Counted from the first letter of the stretch, positions 1-7,409 are shown. The stretch is DNA of 21,762 nucleotides from an uncultured Lachnospiraceae bacterium (GCA_964605105.1 CAZSBV010000005.1:1-21762); one strand, 5' to 3'. A program made the numbers and translations. Notes: generated by a model not told the origin, from the letters alone.

Positions 1-34
1 TATGTTTTTATCTCTCCCATAAAACTTTACCATC

Positions 35-235
35 CTAATTACCCAGTAATTCTTTCAAAAATTCTTCATTTGATACTTTGCATAAATCACGAAAGCAATT
101 ACATTTTGAAAAGTCCAAACCTTTATTTTTTAATTTTGTAAATCTGATTCTACATTTTTCATAAAATTCAACATCGCTTTCGCATTTATTTAATTCTTTG
201 TTTTTTAAACAATCGTCAATAATTTTATCAATCAT
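35..235 (-). CDS. Hypothetical small Cys-rich early protein (66 aa)
   Basis: ORF in line with the minus-strand early operon, 11 nt downstream of 247..1005. Several Cys residues. No family recognised. Confidence 0.5.
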   Translation of the reverse strand: MIDKIIDDCLKNKELNKCESDVEFYEKCRIRFTKLKNKGLDFSKCNCFRDLCKVSNEEFLKELLGN

Positions 236-246
236 GTTTTCTCCTC

Positions 247-1005
247 CTAATCGCTAAGTAATTCCTTCTCCAAAGCTTCAAAGTCATACTCATTCTGCTG
301 AAAACTGTTAAAACCGTTTTTCTTTACCGGCTGCTTACACTCTTCATAATTGGCATCCAGATAATCTATATAACCGCTGTGAAAAAATGTGCTGCCATTC
401 TGTGGCTTTCTCCATCCCTTATCTTTCTCCAATTCTGATTTATATCTGTTAATAGCTCTGGTCATTTCCTCTAAGCCGATTTCTAAAAGCTTTTGTTTAT
501 CTTTATCTGTAACCCGTGCCTTTCCCTTTTTGTTCGGGTACATCTTCCATAAGGTTTCAAACAGTGACAAAACTTCTGCTTTGCACAATATATTATTATT
601 TCTTTCCTTCTTTACTTCTTTCTTTTCTTCTATTGTTGGGAATAGAATGGGAATAGAGTGGGAATTGTTTGTGTTTTCATCGGTATTCTGTTTGGGAATA
701 CTTTGATACTTTTCGTAATTAACCACTGTAAATACTGTATATTTTGAAAAACTTTGCTTGGTAATGTCTTTGGTAAGTAAAAGGTGCTTAATTGCAGTCC
801 TTATCTCATCATTTGTCAACTTTGTTTCATCTGACAAAGTCCCTATAGATGATGCAAACGAACCTCTTGGGATTACCTGACCTTTAAACTTTCCTTCTAT
901 CCGATTAGCTTTTAAAATCATGTGTATAAACAATCTTGTGGTATTAATATCCGAATACCATTCCCACTCAAACAAAGAACGATATAACTTTATATAGCCA
1001 CTCAT
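247..1005 (-). CDS. Phage replisome organiser / DnaD-like replication protein
   Basis: N-terminal YIKLYRSLFEWEWYSD...LFIHMILKAN resembles the phage replisome-organiser N domain. C-terminal LFETLWKMYPNKKGKA resembles the conserved phage C-terminus (Phg_2220_C-like). SD AAAGGAGAAAG lies upstream. Confidence 0.7.
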   Translation of the reverse strand: MSGYIKLYRSLFEWEWYSDINTTRLFIHMILKANRIEGKFKGQVIPRGSFASSIGTLSDETKLTNDEIRTAIKHLLLTKDITKQSFSKYTVFTVVNYEKYQSIPKQNTDENTNNSHSIPILFPTIEEKKEVKKERNNNILCKAEVLSLFETLWKMYPNKKGKARVTDKDKQKLLEIGLEEMTRAINRYKSELEKDKGWRKPQNGSTFFHSGYIDYLDANYEECKQPVKKNGFNSFQQNEYDFEALEKELLSD

Positions 1006-1098
1006 TCACTTTTACTTTCTCCTTTCCGGAACCTGCCACCAGGCAGGCTCCTTATCATGGCTTTTGTGATATATTAAAAATATGAATTAGTTACTATG

Positions 1099-1124
1099 CC
1101 ATTTTGTTGACGTCAACAAAATGG
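1099..1124. repeat. 26-bp perfect palindrome CCATTTTGTTGAC|GTCAACAAAATGG
   Basis: No spacer; the centre is GACGTC. Lies 1 nt downstream of the RusA stop and upstream of the replisome organiser gene. Confidence 0.8.
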
Positions 1125-1125
1125 T

Positions 1126-1572
1126 CTAATTTTCTACTTCCTCAATCTCCACTCTGATATAAGGTGTTCCATCTGTATAGATAAACTCATGCGTGAAATT
1201 CCTTACATACTGCGGACTGTCATCAGGAATAACCCCACAATCCCTTAACGCATCTTCTATGAATTTATCTGCACAATCAAAAATATTTCCATAATCTCTT
1301 TTTGCACCTTTTTTAGGCTCTGCAAATGTATAATGCAGTATCACAGGCTTATTTGTTTTCCAACGTTTTAAATCACGTCTGATGGCATTTGATGCTATCA
1401 TGACATACTGTTTCTTATAACGTCCGCCTATTCTTGGATCCCTTCCTATTTCTGCCAGATACTGGTTTAGTGAAGGAAAAGTCTTGTCACCACAAAATCG
1501 CCCCTTTATCACAAAATACGGTCTAGTAATAACAGTGTCCGTAACGCTTTCTAAACTTTTCTCTTGCTTCAT
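1126..1572 (-). CDS. rusA: RusA-like Holliday junction resolvase
   Basis: PSLNQY...KPVILHYTFAEP...RDYGNIFDCADKFIEDALRDCGVIPDDSPQYV matches the RusA pattern (SLN, RDxdN, K..Da l...gvi.DDs). The ORF is open to 1707, but the ATG at 1572 has SD AAGGAG 9 nt upstream, so I place the start there. Confidence 0.7.
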   Translation of the reverse strand: MKQEKSLESVTDTVITRPYFVIKGRFCGDKTFPSLNQYLAEIGRDPRIGGRYKKQYVMIASNAIRRDLKRWKTNKPVILHYTFAEPKKGAKRDYGNIFDCADKFIEDALRDCGVIPDDSPQYVRNFTHEFIYTDGTPYIRVEIEEVEN

Positions 1573-1846
1573 GTATGGTTGCTCCTTTTGCCACTTCATT
1601 TCTTTCATAAATTGCCTGTCCGAACATCTTGGAAAGCGTTTCTGCCATTGGATTATCATGTACCCTTTCCAGTACAGTTCCAATTGTATGGCATCTGTTA
1701 CAAGCATTAGCTTTTATTCCGTCCTCATCTGCTTTCTGTCTGTTCCCGGAACCAAAGATAAAATGATGCTCACCATCCATATTTGGAGTTCCGCAAAAGA
1801 AACAATATGCTGAATATTCCTCTAACTGCACGGTTGATTTACTCAT
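1523..1846 (-). CDS. Putative Ref-like (RecA-dependent) HNH/zinc-binding nuclease
   Basis: CFFCG...EHHFIFGSGNRQKADEDGIKANACNRCH...VHDN...Q..YE...F.K.YG fits the C..CG/HH.IFG.NR/C..CH pattern I recall for RecA_dep_nuc-type phage proteins. Start overlaps the upstream gene by 4 nt. Confidence 0.5.
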   Translation of the reverse strand: MSKSTVQLEEYSAYCFFCGTPNMDGEHHFIFGSGNRQKADEDGIKANACNRCHTIGTVLERVHDNPMAETLSKMFGQAIYERNEVAKGATIHEAREKFRKRYGHCYY

Positions 1847-2646
1847 AAATTCACCACCAATTCATCTGACCATATAGAATGTGTAAGTACCTTTGTATGC
1901 TTGCAGTAATTGCAGTCTCTTTTTTCACATCTGACCGGATTATATTCCTCATTTTTTAAAGCCAAAATATTAGGAACATTTCTTTCCACTTCTACCAATG
2001 CTGAATCCATTAATGATTGCTCTATCTGTATTACTTCAATATCCGGAAATTCTTCTTTTGAAGCTGCTGCAATCTTGAAAGGAAGTTTTTCACCCGTATT
2101 CTGTCTTACAATCTCTTGGTAAACGGCTCCCTGGATGTCATATCCCCAGTTACGAATAAAATCCATTTTGCCAAAATCCGCATTATAAAAACCTTTCCCC
2201 AATGACTCCATACATTTTAAATCCACTATCAATTTTCCCGGAAAATAAGAGTCCATTTTAATTTTAAATTTTGCTCCAGCAATTTCACCGGTCATAATAA
2301 CCTGCTTTTCCCCTCCCAAGTGGGACATAAAATATTCATCTCTTTCAATGCGGCTAATAACTTCTTCCGCCCTCCGGTACTCCGCTTTTAATATTCCCTG
2401 CTTTGTAAAAATTTCCGGATGCTGTGCTTTAAATAAATCAAGCGTTCCTTCAAAATGGGAATCCACATAAGAACCAACTAATAATGCGGTACTTTTTTTT
2501 CCTTCCCATTCCCCTCTGATTTCTGCCATTGCCCTGGCTTCGCATCCTAATCTACCAAGACAGCCGGCAAATTTTTTATATTGGGAAACGGACATGTATT
2601 CCTTATCCGCTTCCTTTGAAAAATAATTCTCTGCTGTTAAAATCAT
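1843..2646 (-). CDS. PD-(D/E)XK-family exonuclease (RecE/Cas4-like, DUF3799-type)
   Basis: N-terminal SVSQYKKF motif, central D...IVDLKC (D..ExK-like) motif, and C-terminal Cys cluster CEKRDCNYCKH. Lies immediately downstream of, and translationally coupled to, the annealase gene. Confidence 0.65.
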   Translation of the reverse strand: MILTAENYFSKEADKEYMSVSQYKKFAGCLGRLGCEARAMAEIRGEWEGKKSTALLVGSYVDSHFEGTLDLFKAQHPEIFTKQGILKAEYRRAEEVISRIERDEYFMSHLGGEKQVIMTGEIAGAKFKIKMDSYFPGKLIVDLKCMESLGKGFYNADFGKMDFIRNWGYDIQGAVYQEIVRQNTGEKLPFKIAAASKEEFPDIEVIQIEQSLMDSALVEVERNVPNILALKNEEYNPVRCEKRDCNYCKHTKVLTHSIWSDELVVNL

Positions 2647-3488
2647 TTAAATACTCCCTCCGCTTCTTCTTCCAGATTTTTGGGAACTTCAAACAATGGT
2701 TCATCCGTTCTTTCTTTTTCTTCTGCTTCAAAATAATCTTCCACTTTTGCTTGTCCGTTTTTAAGGGCTGTATATACTCCCCATAAATCAGTACATTCTT
2801 CTGCTCCAAATGAAGCCATTCCACGTCCTGTATATTTTTCAAGCTGTTTTTTTGTCACTCCAAAATCTTTTTTAAACAACTTTTCTATCTTATTTATTTT
2901 CTCCTGACTTGGCAGTTCCCCATAATTCTTTTTCTGTGTTTCTTTGCACTCATTTACCGCCATATCCACCACATCACCGGGAATCACGCCAAGAATACAT
3001 GCCCGCATCCTTCTTGCGCCAAAATTAGCAGTAAGCTCGTAAATATCCCTGCTGTCAGTCAGTTGATACGATCCCTTTTTTGTATCTCTTTTATGCTCAA
3101 CAGAAAAAATCTTTGTTACACGGGTATTCGATTCCAAATCCCATGCATAAGCCATCATTTCTGAAACACCGTCCTTTTGCTCCAGTTCTATAATTCCATA
3201 GTCGATATTTCCCCAATTCTGTGCTATAGCTTCTGCAAGTCTGATAGAAGGACCGCAAACATTTTCTTTTCCCCTTGGATATGAATAAACGGCTTGTTCT
3301 GCCAAAGTCGAACGCTGACATGTTCTTCTTATTTTCTCTATGGCATTATATTCATCACGCGGGAATTTTTTGGCAACTACCATCGCAGCCTGTACTTCCT
3401 GCGCCTGTCTGCTTATCATCATCTGATTGCTTCCCGCTCTCGCTTCCATAATTGCACCATTATTATTAGGGATTAAATCATTTGCCAT
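2643..3488 (-). CDS. RecT/Red-beta-like single-strand annealing protein
   Basis: Size, position between the ATPase and the exonuclease, and the C-terminal ARRMRACILGVIPGD segment resemble the conserved RecT/Red-beta helix. Called by eye only. Confidence 0.55.
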   Translation of the reverse strand: MANDLIPNNNGAIMEARAGSNQMMISRQAQEVQAAMVVAKKFPRDEYNAIEKIRRTCQRSTLAEQAVYSYPRGKENVCGPSIRLAEAIAQNWGNIDYGIIELEQKDGVSEMMAYAWDLESNTRVTKIFSVEHKRDTKKGSYQLTDSRDIYELTANFGARRMRACILGVIPGDVVDMAVNECKETQKKNYGELPSQEKINKIEKLFKKDFGVTKKQLEKYTGRGMASFGAEECTDLWGVYTALKNGQAKVEDYFEAEEKERTDEPLFEVPKNLEEEAEGVFK

Positions 3489-3500
3489 TTCCTATACCTC

Positions 3501-4931
3501 CTATAAAACAGTAACTGTCAATTCTTCTTCATCCGTGGTTCTCGTCGCAATAAACTGTAAACCTTTATCCCTGCACTTCTGATACAGTTTGTCTCTTAAT
3601 GCAGTGGATAATTTTTCCACTCCATCAATCAAAATAATCTGTAAACCTTTCGGGTTCTGGATTGCCACATCAATACACAAATCTAATTTCTGTCCGTCAG
3701 ATAAATTAGACACAGGAAGTCCGTTGATTAACGGAGTACCATCTTTTACCGTCAGTCCCTCAATCGGGATAACACAATTCGTAAGAATTTCCCCTGGAAG
3801 ATTTCTAGCTTTTTCAATCAAGGAAGTAAGATGTCTGGAAGATTTCGCTAATTCCTCAATCTCTTCCTGTAATGACTGCATACGATGGTATTCGTTAATA
3901 TGTGATTTCATATTTTCAATGTTAGTGGCTTCTTCCATAAGCGGATGTACATCCTGAGGTTCCATACCAATATAATCACTGTATGCTTCCACTTCCGCAT
4001 CATACTGTGCCACGGCTGCAAGGAATTTGTTTTCAATTACGGAAATTTTATCCAGCTTCTTATCTGCAAGACTATCATTTTCTGCCTGTAAGGTTTTAAT
4101 CTGTTCATGTAACTTTAAAATATCCTTATCAATCTGGTTTCTCCGGTTTTCTATTTCTGTATTAAGTGCCGCTGTTTCAATTTCCTTATCTGCTTCAAAT
4201 TTTCTTACCTTTGCATCCCGGTTTGCCTTTAAAGCATTTGCTTTCTGGATATTCTGATTCGTTCTCTGGATCCTTTCAATCTGCTTGTAAATCTCGCCAA
4301 CACTGACTTTTTCCCATTTCTCAATTTCATATCCAGTAGGAATTGTGGCTGCAATATCTTCTACAAACGCTTTTTTATTACGAATATCACGGTCAATATC
4401 CCTGCGTCTGCGGTAGTAATCTCCTTTTTCAGACTGAATATCATTCAGTACACAAAGGATGTTCTGTTCATAATTAACCCATGCTGGAATCTCACCAAAC
4501 CACTCTTTGATTTTGTTCAAATCCCAAGGATATTCAATCATATCCAGAATAATGGTGTTTTGCTGCTGTTCCGGCATGTTAATGAATTCTACAGGGTTCA
4601 ACTGTAGCTGGGTAAAGATATCCTTTAAAAACGTTTCCGGACTGGCAACCTCAAGACCATTCTGTTTAATACTCTTATAATCTGCCTGCGTGGTTCTTGC
4701 TTTCCGGTTAATTCTAAGCCCTGTATCCGTTTCTACAAGCACTTCGCCTTCTGTTTCACCATTACGCACTATGTATTTTCGTTCCGATTTATTGGTAAGT
4801 GCATATTTAATAGCATCTATCACCGAAGATTTCCCTACTCCGTTCTGTCCGGAAAGTTCCATGTTATTTCCACCCACTTCGATTTCTTTAATTCCAAATA
4901 AATTTTTAACTCTTAACTTTACAATGTTCAT
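3501..4931 (-). CDS. SMC/SbcC/Rad50-like AAA ATPase with central coiled coil
   Basis: Walker A GQNGVGKSS near the N-terminus, a long coiled-coil middle, and C-terminal LSDGQK signature plus LILIDGVE Walker B-like motif. Confidence 0.75.
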   Translation of the reverse strand: MNIVKLRVKNLFGIKEIEVGGNNMELSGQNGVGKSSVIDAIKYALTNKSERKYIVRNGETEGEVLVETDTGLRINRKARTTQADYKSIKQNGLEVASPETFLKDIFTQLQLNPVEFINMPEQQQNTIILDMIEYPWDLNKIKEWFGEIPAWVNYEQNILCVLNDIQSEKGDYYRRRRDIDRDIRNKKAFVEDIAATIPTGYEIEKWEKVSVGEIYKQIERIQRTNQNIQKANALKANRDAKVRKFEADKEIETAALNTEIENRRNQIDKDILKLHEQIKTLQAENDSLADKKLDKISVIENKFLAAVAQYDAEVEAYSDYIGMEPQDVHPLMEEATNIENMKSHINEYHRMQSLQEEIEELAKSSRHLTSLIEKARNLPGEILTNCVIPIEGLTVKDGTPLINGLPVSNLSDGQKLDLCIDVAIQNPKGLQIILIDGVEKLSTALRDKLYQKCRDKGLQFIATRTTDEEELTVTVL

Positions 4932-5005
4932 TTGATAAATTCCTCCAATTTCATCTGCTCATTGTTTTGTACTTTGGTACAAAACGTGCTGCTACCATAC
5001 TGCTT

Positions 5006-5302
5006 TCAATCTGTTCCGGCATCTTCACCTACCAAACTTTCTACTGATAAAAATATAATACCTTTGTAAACAAACGACCTTTCTATATAGCATTTGTTTG
5101 GATAAGGTTTCGTAATAATTTCCAGTCCAAGCAAAGAAGCAATTTTATAAATATGCCCTCCTGAAATAATCTGTATATATTCTTCAGTACAAACAGTAGC
5201 TTCGTCATATCCTTTTTCTGGATTTAAAAACTTAATTTCATCAATGACTTTATGTGCTTCTACTAATTTATCCAGCCATTCTCTAACTTTTACTTCTTCC
5301 AT
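5006..5302 (-). CDS. Hypothetical early protein (98 aa)
   Basis: ORF in the operon, overlapping the upstream gene by 13 nt. No family recognised. Confidence 0.5.
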   Translation of the reverse strand: MEEVKVREWLDKLVEAHKVIDEIKFLNPEKGYDEATVCTEEYIQIISGGHIYKIASLLGLEIITKPYPNKCYIERSFVYKGIIFLSVESLVGEDAGTD

Positions 5303-5556
5303 AAATTACCTCCAAAATCCAATTCCATCTGCTCCCACGGAGCATTTAATAACCTATCTGCTTTGTTCTGCATTACCGTGGTTAACTGCTCTTTCTCGAG
5401 ACATTCTAAGCATTTACCTCCTATCAGTTCACCCGGGTCACAGTTACCATGGCATACAGAACATTTATACCTATTCATACTGTAACGACTTCTTGCAATC
5501 TGCTCTTCTTTGTCTAAAATCCTTGCAAGCCATTCCCCTTGAACGGTCTGATGCAT
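5290..5556 (-). CDS. Hypothetical zinc-ribbon-like early protein (88 aa)
   Basis: CSVCHGNC...GGKCLEC pairs of Cys. SD-like AAAGGA upstream. Confidence 0.5.
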   Translation of the reverse strand: MHQTVQGEWLARILDKEEQIARSRYSMNRYKCSVCHGNCDPGELIGGKCLECLEKEQLTTVMQNKADRLLNAPWEQMELDFGGNLWKK

Positions 5557-5601
5557 TGCATCCTTTTCTTCTCTTACATTTATTACACTCTGATTTCATG
5601 C

Positions 5602-5630
5602 TTGTATTTTCCTTTCCACCATGCTAAAAT
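5602..5630 (+). promoter_or_regulatory. SigA-type promoter on the plus strand (TTGTAT-17-TGcTAAAAT), antisense to the early operon
   Basis: -35 TTGTAT at 5602-5607, 17-nt spacer, extended -10 TG-c-TAAAAT at 5622-5630. Confidence 0.5.
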
Positions 5631-5636
5631 AGTGAA

Positions 5637-5714
5637 AAATAACATGGTTATTTGTTTGGTTTAGTCTTGTGTATTAACTTTGGTCGGTCGTTACACAAGA
5701 CTATTTTCTTTTTT
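5637..5714 (+). ncRNA. Candidate ~78-nt cis-antisense sRNA
   Basis: Bounded by the promoter above and an intrinsic terminator. The terminator has an 11-bp perfect stem AGTCTTGTGTA/TACACAAGACT (5663-5673 / 5692-5702), an 18-nt loop and the tail ATTTTCTTTTTT. A 5-prime AT stem-loop AAATAAC-ATG-GTTATTT lies at 5637-5653. The RNA overlaps the stop codon and 3-prime end of the 45-aa minus-strand ORF. Confidence 0.35.
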
Positions 5715-5838
5715 CCTCTATTGCTGTTACTGCCATGATTGCCAGTCCACTAAGGACCATAATTACAGGAACCGTAATGTTAGGGCTGTCCATTCCTGCA
5801 CATCCTATTATCAATAATATAAAACCTACTGCTTGCAT
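5701..5838 (-). CDS. Small two-TM membrane peptide (45 aa), below the ORF-track cutoff
   Basis: Translates to MQAVGFILLIIGCAGMDSPNITVPVIMVLSGLAIMAVTAIEEKRK: two hydrophobic segments and a charged C-terminus. Start overlaps the end of the upstream 49-aa ORF. Confidence 0.4.
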   Translation of the reverse strand: MQAVGFILLIIGCAGMDSPNITVPVIMVLSGLAIMAVTAIEEKRK

Positions 5839-5975
5839 TCCTTATCCTTTTCTTCTTTTCCCAATACTTCAATTGTGTATTTGAACTTATATCCAAGCTG
5901 ATTCCCGATAAATTTATAAAGTGCTGCATAAATATCTTCTGTTTTTGGGAATGTTCCGCCTATTTCTACTGCCAT
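5826..5975 (-). CDS. Small hypothetical protein (49 aa), below the ORF-track cutoff
   Basis: Translates to MAVEIGGTFPKTEDIYAALYKFIGNQLGYKFKYTIEVLGKEEKDKECKQ. SD GGAGG lies 6 nt before the ATG, directly after the antirepressor stop. Confidence 0.4.
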   Translation of the reverse strand: MAVEIGGTFPKTEDIYAALYKFIGNQLGYKFKYTIEVLGKEEKDKECKQ

Positions 5976-5985
5976 TTCTTACCTC

Positions 5986-6720
5986 CTATACATCTAAAAT
6001 CATTTGTGCATTAGCTTCTCTAATTAATTCCTGCAAATATAAAGGTGCTTCGTAGTTGTCAACTAGCTCATGAGCTTCAAAGAGGTTTTTTCTCTTTAAA
6101 GCCTTATAAGATTTTGGTCTACCGTCATCCTGATAAAGTCCAAATTCTCTTTTAATCTGACTGTAGATATCGGTGTATACTTTCTTTCTGATAGAATCAT
6201 CTCTATATGCTTCTGCATTTTTCCCACCAAGAACTTCTACACCTTTTCTTTTTACATGGCTGGAAAGTTCGTCCGCTTCACTTCCGTATAAAGGAATGTC
6301 AAATTCTAACTTATCCAAACGTTTCTCCATATTTACTGTTCTGGTATCAAGAAGAACAATAGCCTGCATTTCTTTTGAAAGATTTGGCATTTGATACTGT
6401 CCATTTTTTCTAAGTTCTGGAAGAACTTCACTTGTTACCCAGTGCTTAAAGCGTTTAGCGGATTCTAACTTACTGCCAAAGATTAAAGCGTATAAACCAG
6501 ATTCGTTAATAATCCAAGACTCTTGTACTCTTCCTACTTCATCCATGATGGGATGTTTCATCCTGTCATCTTCTTCCACATGTCTTGAAATTGCCTTATG
6601 TGGTTCATTATATTTCAGCGATTCCGCTACATCCTTTCCTACAAAATAAATTTCATTATTTAATTCAACTGTTCTTATCTGCCCGAACTCGGCATTATTA
6701 AAAGTTTGTAATTCGTTCAA
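5986..6720 (-). CDS. Phage antirepressor (BRO-N domain + ORF6C-like C-terminal domain)
   Basis: N-terminal FNNAEFGQIRTVE..EIYFVGKDVAESLKY...INESGLYALIFGSKLESAKRFKHWVTSEVLPELRKNGQY is a typical BRO-N signature. The C-terminal half resembles the ORF6C antirepressor domain. TTG start with SD GGAGGAG. Confidence 0.8.
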   Translation of the reverse strand: MNELQTFNNAEFGQIRTVELNNEIYFVGKDVAESLKYNEPHKAISRHVEEDDRMKHPIMDEVGRVQESWIINESGLYALIFGSKLESAKRFKHWVTSEVLPELRKNGQYQMPNLSKEMQAIVLLDTRTVNMEKRLDKLEFDIPLYGSEADELSSHVKRKGVEVLGGKNAEAYRDDSIRKKVYTDIYSQIKREFGLYQDDGRPKSYKALKRKNLFEAHELVDNYEAPLYLQELIREANAQMILDV

Positions 6721-6730
6721 TTATCTCCTC

Positions 6731-6955
6731 CTATTCTTCTTCATGAATTTCTTTATCAAGTTTTAGATATATTTCAAATAAGGATTTTTCTAAAAAGAAA
6801 AGAGCACTGTCTATAGAACTAACATCCACAACATTTGTTCTTTCATCCGAAATTCCATATCTAATAAAAGTAAATCCGTTCAACACATCTCCTAAATCAT
6901 GTAAGATATCACTGATTTCTACTTTATCAATCTTTGCTTTAATTGTTTTTGCCAT
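6731..6955 (-). CDS. Hypothetical early protein (74 aa)
   Basis: ORF in the operon with SD AGGAGG upstream. No family recognised. Confidence 0.5.
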   Translation of the reverse strand: MAKTIKAKIDKVEISDILHDLGDVLNGFTFIRYGISDERTNVVDVSSIDSALFFLEKSLFEIYLKLDKEIHEEE

Positions 6956-6983
6956 TTCTGCCTCCTATATTTTGTGTTATACT
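6955..6983 (+). promoter_or_regulatory. Candidate extended -10 promoter for 7031..7231
   Basis: TG-t-TATACT at 6975-6983 with a weak -35 TTTCTG at 6955-6960 (17-nt spacer). Confidence 0.35.
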
Positions 6984-7030
6984 CCCCTTATCAGAACTGC
7001 CATTCTGAAATAATGTGAAAGGAGTTTTTT

Positions 7031-7231
7031 ATGACTAATAATGAGAAAACAGAACTTGCATCTAAGATAGCTGATGCCGCAATAGCAAGATATCTTCTTG
7101 CATATACTAAAAACCTTGAAGAATATACCGAAAAATACGGCGGTTCAGTAGCTCCGGCAAAAGCGATAAATGCTGCAATACCAGAATTAGCAAGAGGTAT
7201 CGCTGATGCAGTTTGTTCTATACTCCCCTAA
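7031..7231 (+). CDS. Hypothetical Ala-rich helical protein (66 aa), reverse-oriented inside the early region
   Basis: SD GAAAGGAG 6-7 nt before the ATG. No competing minus-strand ORF across this 270-nt interval. Own candidate promoter. Confidence 0.45.
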   Translation: MTNNEKTELASKIADAAIARYLLAYTKNLEEYTEKYGGSVAPAKAINAAIPELARGIADAVCSILP

Positions 7232-7341
7232 AATGGAATTTTGGTTCCATACTTAAGAAATTGCTGTATCTCTGAAATTTTATTTTCGAGATACTCAATC
7301 TTAAGTAATAGTTCTTTATACTTCTTTCTCGAAATCCACAT
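7228..7341 (-). CDS. Small coiled-coil-like ORF (37 aa), below the ORF-track cutoff
   Basis: Translates to MWISRKKYKELLLKIEYLENKISEIQQFLKYGTKIPF. SD GGAGG is present but the spacer is long (11 nt). Overlaps the end of 7031..7231 by 4 nt. Confidence 0.3.
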   Translation of the reverse strand: MWISRKKYKELLLKIEYLENKISEIQQFLKYGTKIPF

Positions 7342-7409
7342 CTATATTATTTCCTCCTTTCTTTCAACTTAGTTTGTCGCATGTCACGCGACAGAATCAT
7401 CAAAAAACT

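Noticed and set aside
1-20. Possible start of another minus-strand gene (ATGGGAGAGATAAAAACA...) running off the left edge
   Set aside because: Only 6 codons are visible and the SD is weak, so it cannot be supported.
389-706. Plus-strand 105-aa ORF. The same class includes 1484..1813, 1910..2122, 2529..2786, 3294..3476, 3589..3957, 4027..4257, 4690..4935, 6173..6394, 13102..13284, 13413..13616, 17339..17569, 17828..18010, 18080..18316, 20395..20592, 20698..20895, 20962..21150 and 21164..21532.
   Set aside because: These are antisense shadow ORFs lying entirely inside well-supported minus-strand genes. They have no SD sequences and their composition is Ser/Phe/Leu/Ile-rich and low-complexity, typical of reverse frames in AT-rich DNA.
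1573-1707. N-terminal 45-codon extension of the RusA ORF
   Set aside because: The extension overlaps the Ref-like gene by about 185 nt and has no SD. The internal ATG at 1572 has AAGGAG at proper spacing, and the RusA-like similarity begins after it.
2603-2842. Same-strand alternative-frame ORFs (2603..2842, 3097..3321, 16171..16386, 9839..10072, 10992..11204, 11567..11782)
   Set aside because: They are embedded in longer ORFs that have recognisable motifs. They have no independent translation signals.
4964-4985. AT-rich hairpin (G)TTTTGTAC-TTTG-GTACAAAA(C) before the ATPase gene
   Set aside because: There is no U-tract on the coding strand and it lies within an operon. It is likely a minor mRNA structure and not reportable as a feature.
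5244-5627. 127-aa plus-strand ORF
   Set aside because: It overlaps two minus-strand genes in antisense, has no SD, and starts upstream of the only plus-strand promoter I found here (5602-5630).
7375-7393. GC-rich hairpin TGTCGC-ATGTCAC-GCGACA downstream of the cro-like gene, considered as a terminator or attenuator
   Set aside because: The stem is only 6 bp and there is no U-tract on either strand. The evidence is too weak to call a function.
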